From IMG/VR virus record IMGVR_UViG_3300047471_000729, positions 1 through 64,000 of that record: a stretch of 64,000 nt of DNA; one strand, given 5' to 3'. Position numbers and translations under genes: made by a program. The stretch's first letter is position 1; every line of letters starts with the position of its first letter. The DNA is from a virus. Shown here piece by piece: positions 1-10,455 of this stretch. The notes beneath the pieces were generated by a model. That model did not search any database and was not told where the DNA came from. It saw only the letters and a list, made by a program, of their open reading frames with translations.

Positions 1-2
1 CT

Positions 3-1271
3 GTCAACCTAACCACAATTTGGCGTGCCAGACCACTTGGTAACAATGCCAATGGCGGCGGGTACGATCCCGGCATAGCTGGCGCGGGAACCGATTACAG
101 TCAGCAGGATGCGGCGCAAGCCAGCGGTACCAACGGGTCCGCTACCGGAACCACCACATTCACCGCATCCGGTTTCACTTCTGCAATGGTGGGTAACGCC
201 ATCAATATTGCAGGGCAGGGGTTTTACTTCATTACCTCTTACACTAATGCCAGCAACGTTGTAGTAGATCGGGCATTAGGAACATTCTCGGGAGCAAGCT
301 GGAGATTAGGTGGAGGTTGGTCGGACTTTGTAACCAATACGACGAGCGCCGGTCCACTGGTGCCAGGGAACATCATCTACATCCTGGGTGGGGCTGCACC
401 GAGCTATGCTTCGCCGGATTACGCCGTATCGTATTTTACACCAGTTTCCGGTGCACCTGATCTCGGTTTGATACAATTTGTCGGCGACCCTAATACACCA
501 ATCAGTAATGGATATGGGGGACTGCCACTTATCAACTCGACCTATGGGATCATATTTTACCAATCGCAGTATTATGCTGTCCGTAATTTGTACATATTCG
601 CTGGTAGCACGACAGGCGGTGGAATAGTTCAGTCATATGTCGGGCCAGCCTTTATAACGGGGGTGGTTTACGACGAAAATGGTTGGGATCAGTCTTTGAC
701 CGGGCTGACAGGTCCGTGTCATGTGATTAACTGCGAGATTTTTAGTTCCATTCCTGCAAGAGCGGGATACACTTTCCCTGGTATTAACTGTGGTCCGTAT
801 GGGACGAGAATTATAAACTGCAATATTCATAACTGCCTTGGTGTTGGTGTAGTTCTAACTTGGATCGGAAGTATACATAACTCAATTATCGCAAAGAACG
901 GAGGCAGTGGGATAGTTTTTCAAGGGGATGGCAGCACTGGTTGGCTGACTGCTGTTTTCAACTGCACGATAGATGGCAACGGTGGACACGGCATAGAGAT
1001 TGGGGTGGGAAACAGTAACAACCAATCCCTGTTAGCCCAGACAGCAATCGTGGGTAACATCATCAGCAACCATACCGGGGTGAGTAAAGCGGGGATCGCG
1101 GTCACTACCAACCTCGCAGTGCAGAACGACCTGTGCAAGGCGATGGTGGATTTCAACTCTTTCTACAATAACGCAGTCAACTGTTCTGGCATAAGCGCGG
1201 GAGCGCATGACGTTGCACTGCCGTCTGATCCTTATGTTGCTCAGTCAACCCAGAATTATAAGTTAAAGTGA
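3..1271 (+). CDS. Right-handed beta-helix (pectate-lyase-like) virion/tailspike protein, 5'-truncated by the window edge
   Basis: The frame is open from position 3 (VNLTTIWRARPLGNNANGGG...) into the 186..1271 ORF. It has repeated NCxIxxNGGxGI beta-helix turns. Confidence 0.65.
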   Translation, partial: VNLTTIWRARPLGNNANGGGYDPGIAGAGTDYSQQDAAQASGTNGSATGTTTFTASGFTSAMVGNAINIAGQGFYFITSYTNASNVVVDRALGTFSGASWRLGGGWSDFVTNTTSAGPLVPGNIIYILGGAAPSYASPDYAVSYFTPVSGAPDLGLIQFVGDPNTPISNGYGGLPLINSTYGIIFYQSQYYAVRNLYIFAGSTTGGGIVQSYVGPAFITGVVYDENGWDQSLTGLTGPCHVINCEIFSSIPARAGYTFPGINCGPYGTRIINCNIHNCLGVGVVLTWIGSIHNSIIAKNGGSGIVFQGDGSTGWLTAVFNCTIDGNGGHGIEIGVGNSNNQSLLAQTAIVGNIISNHTGVSKAGIAVTTNLAVQNDLCKAMVDFNSFYNNAVNCSGISAGAHDVALPSDPYVAQSTQNYKLK

Positions 1272-1522
1272 TGGCGTGGGTCCGCTCTGGCGAATGCTGT
1301 AAATGTGGTGATTGTTGCCGGGGTGGTATCGGTAACCTTCCAGCACAACCAGATGGTGCCTGCCCGTTCCTAGAACGTGAAGAGGACGGACAGCGTCTTT
1401 GCGCCATACACGATTCTCAAAACACTTATTGGTCGCGCGGTTGCAATGTGTGGCCAGATCATCCCCATCAAATTAGGAATTACGATCGCTGCACGTTCAG
1501 TTTTGTGTGGCAGGATGACTGA
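1268..1522 (+). CDS. YkgJ/CxxCxxCC-type cysteine cluster protein (Zn or Fe-S)
   Basis: ECCKCGDCC...CPFL...LCAIH...CNVWP pattern. Overlaps both neighbouring genes. Confidence 0.7.
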   Translation: MMAWVRSGECCKCGDCCRGGIGNLPAQPDGACPFLEREEDGQRLCAIHDSQNTYWSRGCNVWPDHPHQIRNYDRCTFSFVWQDD

Positions 1523-4500
1523 TGGCCGTCCAAACTATCTATCTGCTGGGCACAGCGGGAGTTACACCGAACTTCTGGGGCAACACCCAACTTAACGGTT
1601 CTGCTCCAACTGCGGCCAATTCTGCCTTCGGCTGGGGACCAGCCAAGACCGCTGTCACTACGCCTTATTATCGTGGACGCTTAGGAGCAACCACTACCGG
1701 CTCTGATGCCGCTGTCTCAACCAGCTACAACGCGGGTCGAGCGACACCACAACCCGGCACTGGTACTGGTGCGGCGACGGCGGGCGACAGCTTTGTTGTT
1801 GGTCCACTAACTGGTACTTTTGCCGCTACCGCGTGGACCTTTAACTTCAATCTGCGCGCCGGGACAGCGGGGGCGATCGGCCATGTCAACATGCGGATGT
1901 GGCGTGGTACCCTTGCTAACGGTTCTAATGCTACACAGGTCGTCGCTAACACTGTGGGTGCGACAGTCACCCTATCAACCAGCGCCGATGTTAATAGCTC
2001 GATCACCGCCTCGCCGGGGCAGTTGGTACTCAACAATGAGTACCTGTTCTTTCAGGTAGAGTGGCAGGAAACCACTGCCGGATCGAGTAACAGCGACAAT
2101 GTCTTCTTCCGTATCGGTACGGCTTCGATCACCACCGCTGATTATGTTGCCGCCGCGACCGGCACGGTTGCTGTTACTGAGATTTCCGACACGATCGTCT
2201 CGACCGGTAGAACTCCCTATGTTGGCACGCTTGCTGTTACTGAGATTTCCGACACGATCGTCGCGGCAGGCGGTCCAAGGATAGCCGGAACGCTCGCTGT
2301 TACCGAGATTTCCGACACGCTCGTCGCAACGGCGGAAGGTCCAGCGGCTCCGATAGCGGTCGCCCCGTGGCCCCCAGCCTTCCCGCAACACGGCGCAGGG
2401 CAAAGTTTAGGTGTAACAAACTTTGCCGCACCGGGTGCGGTGCAGCCCTCGATCAGTGGGTTGGTCGCCGGTCCTTGGCCCCCCGCCTTCCCGCAGCACA
2501 GGGCGGGGCAGACAACCGGTGTTACCAACTATACGCATCCCGGTGCGGTGCAACCGGTTTACCAGATCGCTGATACTGGTATTGTTAATGGTAATCTTTC
2601 CCGGGCTGAAATACCGGATATACTGACAGCAACTGGCACTGTTCTAAGTGGTGTTGGTGGTAATCTCTCCCAGATTGAAGCGCTCGATACGATAACTGCT
2701 GCTGGCAATGTTCCAGTAATTGGTAATCTCTCTATTGTTCAGGCGTCACAGACCATCTCCTCTACTGGTACTGTGACCATACGTGGTACATTAAGTCAGC
2801 TACAGGCACCAAATACTTTATCAGCAGTTGCTAGGGCAACCGTTACTGGTACACTTAATCTTCCACAAGCAAATAATACAATATCAGCAACTGGTACTCC
2901 TATTGTTGCTGGTACACTTAATCAGAATCAAGCTAATAATACAATTATAAGTACTGGTACTGTTGTAGTTCGTGGTGTACTCAATCAACTTCAAGCAAAT
3001 CAAATAATCTCCTCAACTGGTGCTGTACTTTCGCCAGTCATTGGTACTCTAAGTGTTAATGAAGCGGCGGATTCGGTTTCTGCCACGGGCACGGTTGCTA
3101 ATCCGCTCGATGTTGTTTTGCTTTGTCACTTTGACACGGGATTTATTGACTTTTCGAACTACGCGCACAAGCTAACCCCGATTGGCAATGTCATCCTCTC
3201 AGGAGCCAATCCGAAATTTGGTTCTGGTTCTGCGAACTACGTCATCGGGAACGGTGCCAATTCAATCGACACCGGCAATTCGTCTGATTTTTACTTTGGT
3301 GCCGCGCCGTTTACGATCGAGGCTTGGTGCTATGCGACCCAATCGGGGACCGGTGACGGCTATGATCCGATCCTGGCCCAGTGGGACGCGGTCCTCGGTA
3401 ATGTCGGCTTTTTCTTTAATGTCTTTCCGCAGATCATGTTTTTCTGGAGTCCTGACGGCAACGCTTATTCCTACATCTCATCCACCGGGCCATTGTCGCC
3501 GTTAAACGCTTGGCACCATGTCGCGGCTGACCGAGACGCCACGGGCTTTTTACGTCTTTACCTAGACGGTGCTGTAGTTGCTTCTGGTCCGTGTCTAGAC
3601 AGTTTCTATCATTCGTCACTAACCACTCGGATCGGGAATGACAATAGTGCTGGTCGCGCGTTCCCCGGGTATATAGATGAAATAAGAGTGGTGCGGGGCA
3701 CCGCTGTCTATGGTGGTGCTTTTACACCACCGACAGCACCGTTCCCCAATCCATTACCTAGCGGTTTTAGCGGTTCGCTTAATGTTACCCAAGCTAATCA
3801 GATAATTACAAGTACTGGTACTATTGTAGTTAGTGGTGCTCTTAATCAACCACAAGCAAACAATACAATAGCGTCCACTGGTACTGTCACTATTCTTGGG
3901 ACGCTAAGTCAGTCACAAGCACCTAATACTTTATCGGCAGTGGTTAGAGCCACTGTTTCTGGTACGCTTAATGTTCTTCAAGCACCAAATACTTTATCAG
4001 CGATCGCTAGAACCAATGTTACTGGCACTCTTGGTCAGTTACAACCACCAAATACTTTAGTAGCAACTGGCTCGGTTCTTTCTGGTATTGGTGGTGCTCT
4101 TAATGTTCTTCAAGCGTCACAGACATTAACAGCGGCCGGTAATTCACCCTATGTTATCAAAGGTGATCTTAGTCAGCTACAGGCACCAAATACTTTATCA
4201 GCAGTTGCTAGAGTAACCGTTACAGGTACTCTTGGTCAGTTACAACCACCAAATGCACTTGTTGCGACGGGCAGTTTGGTTGTTAGTGGTACTCTTAGTC
4301 GGCTTCAAGCTACACAAACAATTACTACCACTGGTACAATCACTGTTGGTGGTGTTCTTAATCGAGTACAAGTATCTAATACAATAGTTTCTACTGGTGT
4401 GGTTGTTGTTACTGGTACATTAAATCAACTACAGTTATCAAATACTTTATCAGCTACTGGATCAGCTCTTTCTGGTATTGGTGGTGCTCTTGATGTTCTT

Positions 4501-5064
4501 CAAGCATCACAAACAATATCAGCAACCGGTAGTGTGCCTTATGTTGCTACACTTAATCAGGTTCAGGCGTCTAATACTATAGTTGCTACTGCTAGTCTTG
4601 TAGTTGTTGGTACACTTAATCGAACACAAGCAAATAATACAGTAGTATCAGAAGCTTCAGCTATTGCTGGTGGTGTACTCAATCTAGTTCAAGACAATCA
4701 GTCATTTATTGGTACGGGTAGAATTGTTGTTGAAGGTACTTTACGAGTTGCTCAAAATGATAACATAGTAAGTGCAACTTGCTTTGTTGATAAGATTACA
4801 GCAGATCTTGAAGTAGTAGAGACAAACGATACAATTACAGGATTTGCTTCTATTGGTGCTGCTTGGTTCCCTGCTGTTCCTGGTGTAATTCCAGGTACAC
4901 CACCTGATCGGATATTAGTTGGTGATAACCCTGATAGGCTGGTTGTTGCTGGTGAAAATGGTAGTCGTACAAGTACAGGCACTGCTCCTAACAGAACGAA
5001 CGTTGCCGGTGGTAATGGTAACAGGACAATATCTGTCCCATCCCGTCGTAGGATTGCCGCATGA
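1522..5064 (+). CDS. Large repetitive virion fibre/decoration protein with an internal LamG (ConA-like lectin) domain
   Basis: Many ~23-aa GxLxxxQAxNTIxATG repeats. Central LLCHFD...FTIEAW...WHHVA...LYLDG...GYIDEIRV motif of LamG jellyrolls. Confidence 0.7.
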   Translation: MAVQTIYLLGTAGVTPNFWGNTQLNGSAPTAANSAFGWGPAKTAVTTPYYRGRLGATTTGSDAAVSTSYNAGRATPQPGTGTGAATAGDSFVVGPLTGTFAATAWTFNFNLRAGTAGAIGHVNMRMWRGTLANGSNATQVVANTVGATVTLSTSADVNSSITASPGQLVLNNEYLFFQVEWQETTAGSSNSDNVFFRIGTASITTADYVAAATGTVAVTEISDTIVSTGRTPYVGTLAVTEISDTIVAAGGPRIAGTLAVTEISDTLVATAEGPAAPIAVAPWPPAFPQHGAGQSLGVTNFAAPGAVQPSISGLVAGPWPPAFPQHRAGQTTGVTNYTHPGAVQPVYQIADTGIVNGNLSRAEIPDILTATGTVLSGVGGNLSQIEALDTITAAGNVPVIGNLSIVQASQTISSTGTVTIRGTLSQLQAPNTLSAVARATVTGTLNLPQANNTISATGTPIVAGTLNQNQANNTIISTGTVVVRGVLNQLQANQIISSTGAVLSPVIGTLSVNEAADSVSATGTVANPLDVVLLCHFDTGFIDFSNYAHKLTPIGNVILSGANPKFGSGSANYVIGNGANSIDTGNSSDFYFGAAPFTIEAWCYATQSGTGDGYDPILAQWDAVLGNVGFFFNVFPQIMFFWSPDGNAYSYISSTGPLSPLNAWHHVAADRDATGFLRLYLDGAVVASGPCLDSFYHSSLTTRIGNDNSAGRAFPGYIDEIRVVRGTAVYGGAFTPPTAPFPNPLPSGFSGSLNVTQANQIITSTGTIVVSGALNQPQANNTIASTGTVTILGTLSQSQAPNTLSAVVRATVSGTLNVLQAPNTLSAIARTNVTGTLGQLQPPNTLVATGSVLSGIGGALNVLQASQTLTAAGNSPYVIKGDLSQLQAPNTLSAVARVTVTGTLGQLQPPNALVATGSLVVSGTLSRLQATQTITTTGTITVGGVLNRVQVSNTIVSTGVVVVTGTLNQLQLSNTLSATGSALSGIGGALDVLQASQTISATGSVPYVATLNQVQASNTIVATASLVVVGTLNRTQANNTVVSEASAIAGGVLNLVQDNQSFIGTGRIVVEGTLRVAQNDNIVSATCFVDKITADLEVVETNDTITGFASIGAAWFPAVPGVIPGTPPDRILVGDNPDRLVVAGENGSRTSTGTAPNRTNVAGGNGNRTISVPSRRRIAA

Positions 5065-5702
5065 TCGCAATGGTTGGAGCATTTAACCCACTCAAGTCGC
5101 AATCCAGTCCTATTGCGATGGATCAAAACCCATCTGTGCGCAGGGTTAGTGAAGACGGTCATATGCACGTTGAAAATAGCAACATATCAAAAGCGACTGT
5201 TAATCCATACTGGGGTGAAGAGATTCCGGACTATGAAAGATTAGGATTAGACCCTGCTAGAAAGTATTGGTTGTTAAGGCATCCCAAGGAATTGGCAAAG
5301 GGTGCTAGAACCTTTAACAACTTACCTATACTCGCGAAACATCAGCCTATTAGTTCAGATAAGCATCCAGCTGATTTAGTGGTTGGTTCTACTGGTACCA
5401 ATGCTGTTTATAGACATCCTTATCTGCAGAATAGTTTGGTTTTTTGGACAAAACCCGCCATAGATTCAATTGAAGATGGTGAACAGAGAGAGTTATCTTG
5501 TGCGTATCATTACGACCCTTTAATGACCCCAGGTATGTATGAGGGTCAGCACTATGATGGGATTATGACTAATATACGAGGCAACCATGTCGCGCTCGTC
5601 GAGGATGGCCGTGCGGGCTCGGATGTAGTTGTAGCTGATGCTGCTTTTGATGAGAATTTAGGTCATTGGTGGACTATTGTTCATGCTGTGGTTCGGATTT
5701 AG
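5061..5702 (+). CDS. Prohead maturation protease, DUF2213 family
   Basis: [24 protein letters not shown] and [19 protein letters not shown] motifs. Lies upstream of the capsid genes. Confidence 0.85.
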   Translation: MIAMVGAFNPLKSQSSPIAMDQNPSVRRVSEDGHMHVENSNISKATVNPYWGEEIPDYERLGLDPARKYWLLRHPKELAKGARTFNNLPILAKHQPISSDKHPADLVVGSTGTNAVYRHPYLQNSLVFWTKPAIDSIEDGEQRELSCAYHYDPLMTPGMYEGQHYDGIMTNIRGNHVALVEDGRAGSDVVVADAAFDENLGHWWTIVHAVVRI

Positions 5703-6290
5703 TTTACATTTATCGAAATGCCATCGCTTCAAAACCATTAGATTACTTTCCAATCCACAGTGTGGGCAATGAACTCTTATGTGAGCACCTGACTTTTGTA
5801 GAGATGCAGCTTTTCGACCACCAACAAGTCCTGCCTTTCGACCAATCTCTGAGCTTTGTTCTTTAGTTAGATTTATGCGACTTCTTAATCCAGCTTCATG
5901 ACCTTGTTTAGACTTTTGCTCAAATGTTTTCGACTCTGCTGAGGCTTTACCTGCTTTTCGACCGATTTCTGAACTTCTCTCTGGTGTTAATGCTTTAGCT
6001 CGAGCTAGCCCACCATTTCTACTATTACCTTTCCGGCCCATTAGGCTTCTTAGTTGTCTTCGTTTCTCTGGATCCATTGTTACAATAGGTATTTTGGAAT
6101 AGTGAACCGTGTCAACTTTGTAACCTTTCTTAATCTGCCACCACTTCTCACGATCACCAGCTTCTTTAGGTGTATTGCATACTTCAATAACTACAAGATT
6201 AGTTCCTTTTGGGTACCACTTTGCCTTTTCCTCTATAGTAAGCTGTGTACAACCAACCTTTTTCCCGGGTATTTCATAGATTATGTACAT
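5658..6290 (-). mobile_element. Free-standing homing-endonuclease-like gene (degenerate GIY-YIG-like N-terminus, basic repeats, C-terminal CPHC Zn motif)
   Basis: YIIYEIPGKKVGCT...EAGDREKWW N-terminus, repeated SSEIGRKAG, and HCPHCG...RWHFDKCK end. AT-rich and antisense within the head operon. Confidence 0.6.
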
Positions 6291-6339
6291 TAAATCGTCC
6301 TTGGCAAGTTGCTTCGTCTAATATAGCAGGAATAGTTAA

Positions 6340-7578
6340 ATGAGCAAGCAACTTCTAAAAGCATTACGAAAAAAGTACCGAACGCCACAAGATGCGGTGC
6401 GGGCGCTCGGCTTAGACGCCGCTCTTCTAGACGATAAGGAGGTATCTATGCCTGATCCTAAGCCCGTACCAAAGCCTGATACAAAACTAGCGCCGGCAGC
6501 TATGGTTGCCAAAGGTGCTCTGCTTACCTATCTCACACCTCGCCTCGCTCAAGATGCTGCACCCCTTGACTATAACTCCATTGTGCGTGGAGTTACGTCA
6601 AAGAACTTTAACAGCAGAAAGACCGACATCATCAAGACGGTCAAGTATGCGACCAAAGGCAAGTTGGCCAAGGATGCTGATATCCAGGATCTAGCCAACC
6701 TTTTGGACGCATTGTCACCTTCTGCGGGTCAGGCAGATGTTGAGGGTGGGATGATGCCTCAGGGTGGTGGTGGACCGCCTCCCATGCAGACGGAGCCCAA
6801 TGCTGGGCCGCCCATGGGTGCATCACCAGAGGAAGATGGTGAACCCGAAGATGTTGTTGCAAAGATTAAGGCATACCTTGAGCAAGAAGGGGTATCGCCT
6901 GAGATCTTGCAGAACCTTGACGCATTTCTCGCTGAGCAAGGCAATCCTGATCCTGACCTCAGTGGAGGTGGCGGCGCTCCTCCTCCCGACAATGGTGGTG
7001 GTGGCGGTGGTGGCGGCGGCGAGGAACAGCAGAGTAAAGACCCCAATGGAAACGGAGGAGATCAAGGTATGGCCAGCAACATTCCGCCCCCGACCGCAAT
7101 CGGCGGTATGGACGAAAACGAGCTTGAGGATTGCGTGAGCGACGAAGAGGAAGAGACCGAAGAGGAGCGCAAAAAGCGCGAAGAGGCAATGGATGAAGTT
7201 GTCCCCTCTGAGCAATCCGAGCCGGTGACAAAGACGGCAATGGACGCGGCAATCAAGCGCGCTGTTGCTCGTACTGTCCAGACCCAGAAGAACATTCGCG
7301 CAGCTGAGCGCTTTGTTCGTCCTTGGGTTGGTGACCTGGCTATGGATGCTGCTCGGCCGTCCGATGTTTACCGTACTGCCTTAAAGGCACTCGGTATGGA
7401 CTCGGCAAAGGTCGACAAGATGCATCCGGATGCCTTGTTGCCTGTGCTTGAAGCGCAGCCTCGGCCTAGTGTTCGTCGTCCCAATCAGGGCGGCCCGCGC
7501 ATGGCGGCGGATGCCAAGATTGAAGGCGGTTCGTTCGCTGAGCGGTTCGACTTCACCAAGAACATCACTATTCAGTAA
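6340..7578 (+). CDS. Capsid scaffolding protein (corresponds to the C-terminal part of DUF2213 protease-scaffold proteins)
   Basis: Acidic, low-complexity centre and AMDAAI...VRPWVGDLAMD...VYRTALKALG tail. A second strong RBS (AAGGAGG) precedes the internal ATG at 6448. Confidence 0.7.
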   Translation: MSKQLLKALRKKYRTPQDAVRALGLDAALLDDKEVSMPDPKPVPKPDTKLAPAAMVAKGALLTYLTPRLAQDAAPLDYNSIVRGVTSKNFNSRKTDIIKTVKYATKGKLAKDADIQDLANLLDALSPSAGQADVEGGMMPQGGGGPPPMQTEPNAGPPMGASPEEDGEPEDVVAKIKAYLEQEGVSPEILQNLDAFLAEQGNPDPDLSGGGGAPPPDNGGGGGGGGGEEQQSKDPNGNGGDQGMASNIPPPTAIGGMDENELEDCVSDEEEETEEERKKREEAMDEVVPSEQSEPVTKTAMDAAIKRAVARTVQTQKNIRAAERFVRPWVGDLAMDAARPSDVYRTALKALGMDSAKVDKMHPDALLPVLEAQPRPSVRRPNQGGPRMAADAKIEGGSFAERFDFTKNITIQ

Positions 7579-7604
7579 ATCCTGAGGTGATTTGCTGATA
7601 ACTA

Positions 7605-8588
7605 ATGGAGGTTTCAATGCCTTTGTTTCAAGCTCAGGTTTATCCGCAACAGGCACCTGGTGTAGAGGGTGACTTTTGCGATCACAATCCGCGGGCCACT
7701 GTGGATGCTGGCCCCGGTGGGCTGGTTGCTGCATCTGAGGGCGTGACTGTTGCTCGGTTTGGTTGGCTTGATGCCAGCATTATCGACCCGAACAATGCTC
7801 CGACCTTGGTTCACACCCGCGCTATTGGTGGTGTTATTGCACCGGCAGGGTTTGTTCATCGTGAACAGCAGGGCCTGATCACCAGTTACCTTGGTGGTGT
7901 CAGTATGCTGGTCCCCGGTGGCTTCCCCATTACTCTCCATCAGGCTGGTGGGTTCTTTGTTCTCAATCGGGGTACTACCTATGCCCAGTATGGGATGAAG
8001 GCCTTTGCTCGTCTGAGCGATGGTGCTGTGGTATTTGGTGCAACAGGTACTGCCCCGGGTGCAGCGACCGTGACTAGTTCGGTCGCAGCATCAACCTTTA
8101 GTGCCACCGGCTCAATTGCTGGTAATGTCTTGACTGTTAGTGCAGTTGGGGCTGGTTCTGTGGTACCTGGTTCCACAATCTCTGGTACCAATGTTGTAAC
8201 GGGTACCAGGATTCTCGGTCAGTTGAGTGGTGCTACACCTGGTGGTGTTGGTACTTATGCAGTCAGCATTGCCGAGCAGACTGTTGCCTCCACAGCAATT
8301 GCTGGTACCTATGGTACGATGACTGTCACCGTCGCCGGTGCAACTCCAATCGAGGTTGGTGATGCGCTGTCGGGTGGTACTGTTGTTGCTGGTACTTCCA
8401 TCACGGCAATGGGCCCAAACTACGGTCTGACTGGTACGGGTGGCCTTGGTACCTATGCTGTGGACAATAACACAGTGGTTGCCTCTGCTTCTCTTGGCGC
8501 CACTGACGCAATTGAGACCAAGTGGTTTGCGACCAGCGCAGGTGCGGCAGGCGAAATCATCAAGATGTCCAGCTGGCCGCTTGGCTAA
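7605..8588 (+). CDS. Head decoration/cement protein with an inserted pair of beta-rich repeats
   Basis: PGVEGDFCDHNPR, GFVHREQQGLIT and ETKWFATS motifs. Directly upstream of the major capsid gene. Likely start is ATG 7617. Confidence 0.7.
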   Translation: MEVSMPLFQAQVYPQQAPGVEGDFCDHNPRATVDAGPGGLVAASEGVTVARFGWLDASIIDPNNAPTLVHTRAIGGVIAPAGFVHREQQGLITSYLGGVSMLVPGGFPITLHQAGGFFVLNRGTTYAQYGMKAFARLSDGAVVFGATGTAPGAATVTSSVAASTFSATGSIAGNVLTVSAVGAGSVVPGSTISGTNVVTGTRILGQLSGATPGGVGTYAVSIAEQTVASTAIAGTYGTMTVTVAGATPIEVGDALSGGTVVAGTSITAMGPNYGLTGTGGLGTYAVDNNTVVASASLGATDAIETKWFATSAGAAGEIIKMSSWPLG

Positions 8589-8590
8589 GA

Positions 8591-8614
8591 AGTGGTGGGC
8601 TTAGTCCCACCACT
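8591..8614 (+). terminator. Intergenic hairpin
   Basis: AGTGGTGGG-cttagt-CCCACCACT, with no U-tract. Confidence 0.4.
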
Positions 8615-8671
8615 AATACAGTAACTACCGCAAGGATCACCAGGCGGTAATCCTTTATTCCGGAGGAACAA

Positions 8672-9841
8672 ATGCAAAATTTTAGTGGTGCGCGGGCTGC
8701 CTGGTCGGCTGATCGTGCGGAATGGGAAAATCGTGGTGTATATCTTCCCGCGATTACGGCATACACGCCGGAGTCTTGGAAGAACAACCCACAACTGGCC
8801 CAGGACGAGATGCTCCAGATGGCCCAGGATGCTTGGGGCTATGGTGGATACGGCCATAATAGTATGGCGATGGATGCACCGCCTCCACTATATACTGACC
8901 CGAACTCGGCAATCCCCGCCCTGCTTACTACGACTATTGACCCCGAGGTCTTTCGTATCTTGTTCAGCCCGAACAAGGCAGCGGAAGCGCTTGGTGGTGA
9001 AGTCAAGCGTGGTGATTGGCTGCAAGACATCATCTACTTCCCGGTCGTCGAGGCGACTGGTGAAGTGTCTAGCTATGGCGACTACAATGAGAACGGCAAC
9101 GCCGGGATCAATGTTGGGTGGCCGGCTAGGCAAAACTATCTCTTCCAGGTCATCAAAGAGTATGGTGAGCGGGAAGTAGAGCGTGGTGGTCTTGCTCGGG
9201 TCAATTGGGTGGCTGAGATCGATCGTGCAGCGGCCCAGACTATTGCCAAGTTCATGAACCTTACCTACCTGTTTGGTGTTGGTGGGCTCCAGAACTATGG
9301 CATGACTAATGATCCCAATCTGACTGCAGCCCTTAGCCCTGCTCCAAAGGCAGCGGCAGGCAACAGCCCGAGATGGATCATCAATGGTGTCATGAATGCA
9401 ACGGCAAACGAGGTCTATGCTGATATTGAGACCTTGTTCTACCAACTGGTCTTGCAGACCGGTGGGTTGATCGACACGGATACTTCGATGACCTTGTGCA
9501 TGTCACCTGGCGCCCAAGTCGCCCTGACGATCACCAACAGCTTCGGTGTCAACGTTCGTGACCTGATTGACAAGAACTTTGGCAATATCAAGCTGATCAC
9601 GATCCCGCAATATGCAGCTCGTGGGCCAATCATGCCGCAAGGTGTGGCGGCTGGCGAGTTCGTGCAGCTGTTTGCCAATGAAGTTGAAGGTCAGAAGTTT
9701 GCGTTTCCGGCTTACTCAGAGAAGATGCGCGCGCACCCTGTTATTCGCGCACGTTCGTCCTTCTCTCAGAAGGTCAGTGCAGGTACTTGGGGCACAGTGG
9801 TGCGGATGCCGGCAGCTGTTGTCAGCATGATTGGTGTCTAG
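8672..9841 (+). CDS. Major capsid protein, DUF2184 family
   Basis: NSAIPALLTTTIDP, GEVSSYGDY, RQNYLFQ...YGERE and EKMRAHPV...QKVSAGTWG motifs. GGAGG RBS. Confidence 0.9.
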   Translation: MQNFSGARAAWSADRAEWENRGVYLPAITAYTPESWKNNPQLAQDEMLQMAQDAWGYGGYGHNSMAMDAPPPLYTDPNSAIPALLTTTIDPEVFRILFSPNKAAEALGGEVKRGDWLQDIIYFPVVEATGEVSSYGDYNENGNAGINVGWPARQNYLFQVIKEYGEREVERGGLARVNWVAEIDRAAAQTIAKFMNLTYLFGVGGLQNYGMTNDPNLTAALSPAPKAAAGNSPRWIINGVMNATANEVYADIETLFYQLVLQTGGLIDTDTSMTLCMSPGAQVALTITNSFGVNVRDLIDKNFGNIKLITIPQYAARGPIMPQGVAAGEFVQLFANEVEGQKFAFPAYSEKMRAHPVIRARSSFSQKVSAGTWGTVVRMPAAVVSMIGV

Positions 9842-9844
9842 GCA

Positions 9845-9870
9845 GTTAGGGGGAAACTGGTCCCCCTAAC
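9845..9870 (+). terminator. Hairpin after the major capsid gene
   Basis: GTTAGGGGGA-aactgg-TCCCCCTAAC. Confidence 0.55.
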
Positions 9871-9903
9871 AATGTTTGAAATGATAGGAGGTAAAAGGTA
9901 ATC

Positions 9904-10455
9904 ATGGCTGATAGTATGCAAGTCCCGCCGCCCCAGCCACCGCGCCCAGCGGTCCCGTTCTCAAGAGGAGCAACAACGGGCGACACTGTATATGTCGCCT
10001 GTAAGCTCCCATCAGGGATTGTCTTGCGGGTATTTCAGTGGCAAGAATATATGGAGCCGCTGCGGGATGGTACAATGAAAGAATCGCGTAGAGCCATCCC
10101 TGTTGAAGGCGCCCAGTTTGTTTGTCGCGGACCTTGGATTGCCACAGCAGGCCAGGCATACAATTTCAGTAGTGCAGTCACTGAATTGTTACCTGGTGGT
10201 TATGCGATAACAGAAGGTTGTCCCAAAGATGTATGGGATGGCTGGCATATGCAGAATAAGACCAGTGATCTGGTCAAAAACCAGGTTGTCTTGGCCCATA
10301 AGGATAGGGCAACACTGATTACCGAATGCAAGCAATTGACTAGTGTTGTTACGGGTCTAGAACCTCTGGACCGTAATAATCCAAGTGCCAAGATGGGTGG
10401 TGTAGACAGAAGACTTAGGCTTGGCATCCTTGAGCAAGGGGAAGGCAATAGGTAA
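9904..10455 (+). CDS. Conserved virion-module hypothetical protein
   Basis: VYVACKLPSG...GGYAIT...TGLEPLD pattern typical of the gene after DUF2184 capsid genes. Good RBS. Confidence 0.6.
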   Translation: MADSMQVPPPQPPRPAVPFSRGATTGDTVYVACKLPSGIVLRVFQWQEYMEPLRDGTMKESRRAIPVEGAQFVCRGPWIATAGQAYNFSSAVTELLPGGYAITEGCPKDVWDGWHMQNKTSDLVKNQVVLAHKDRATLITECKQLTSVVTGLEPLDRNNPSAKMGGVDRRLRLGILEQGEGNR

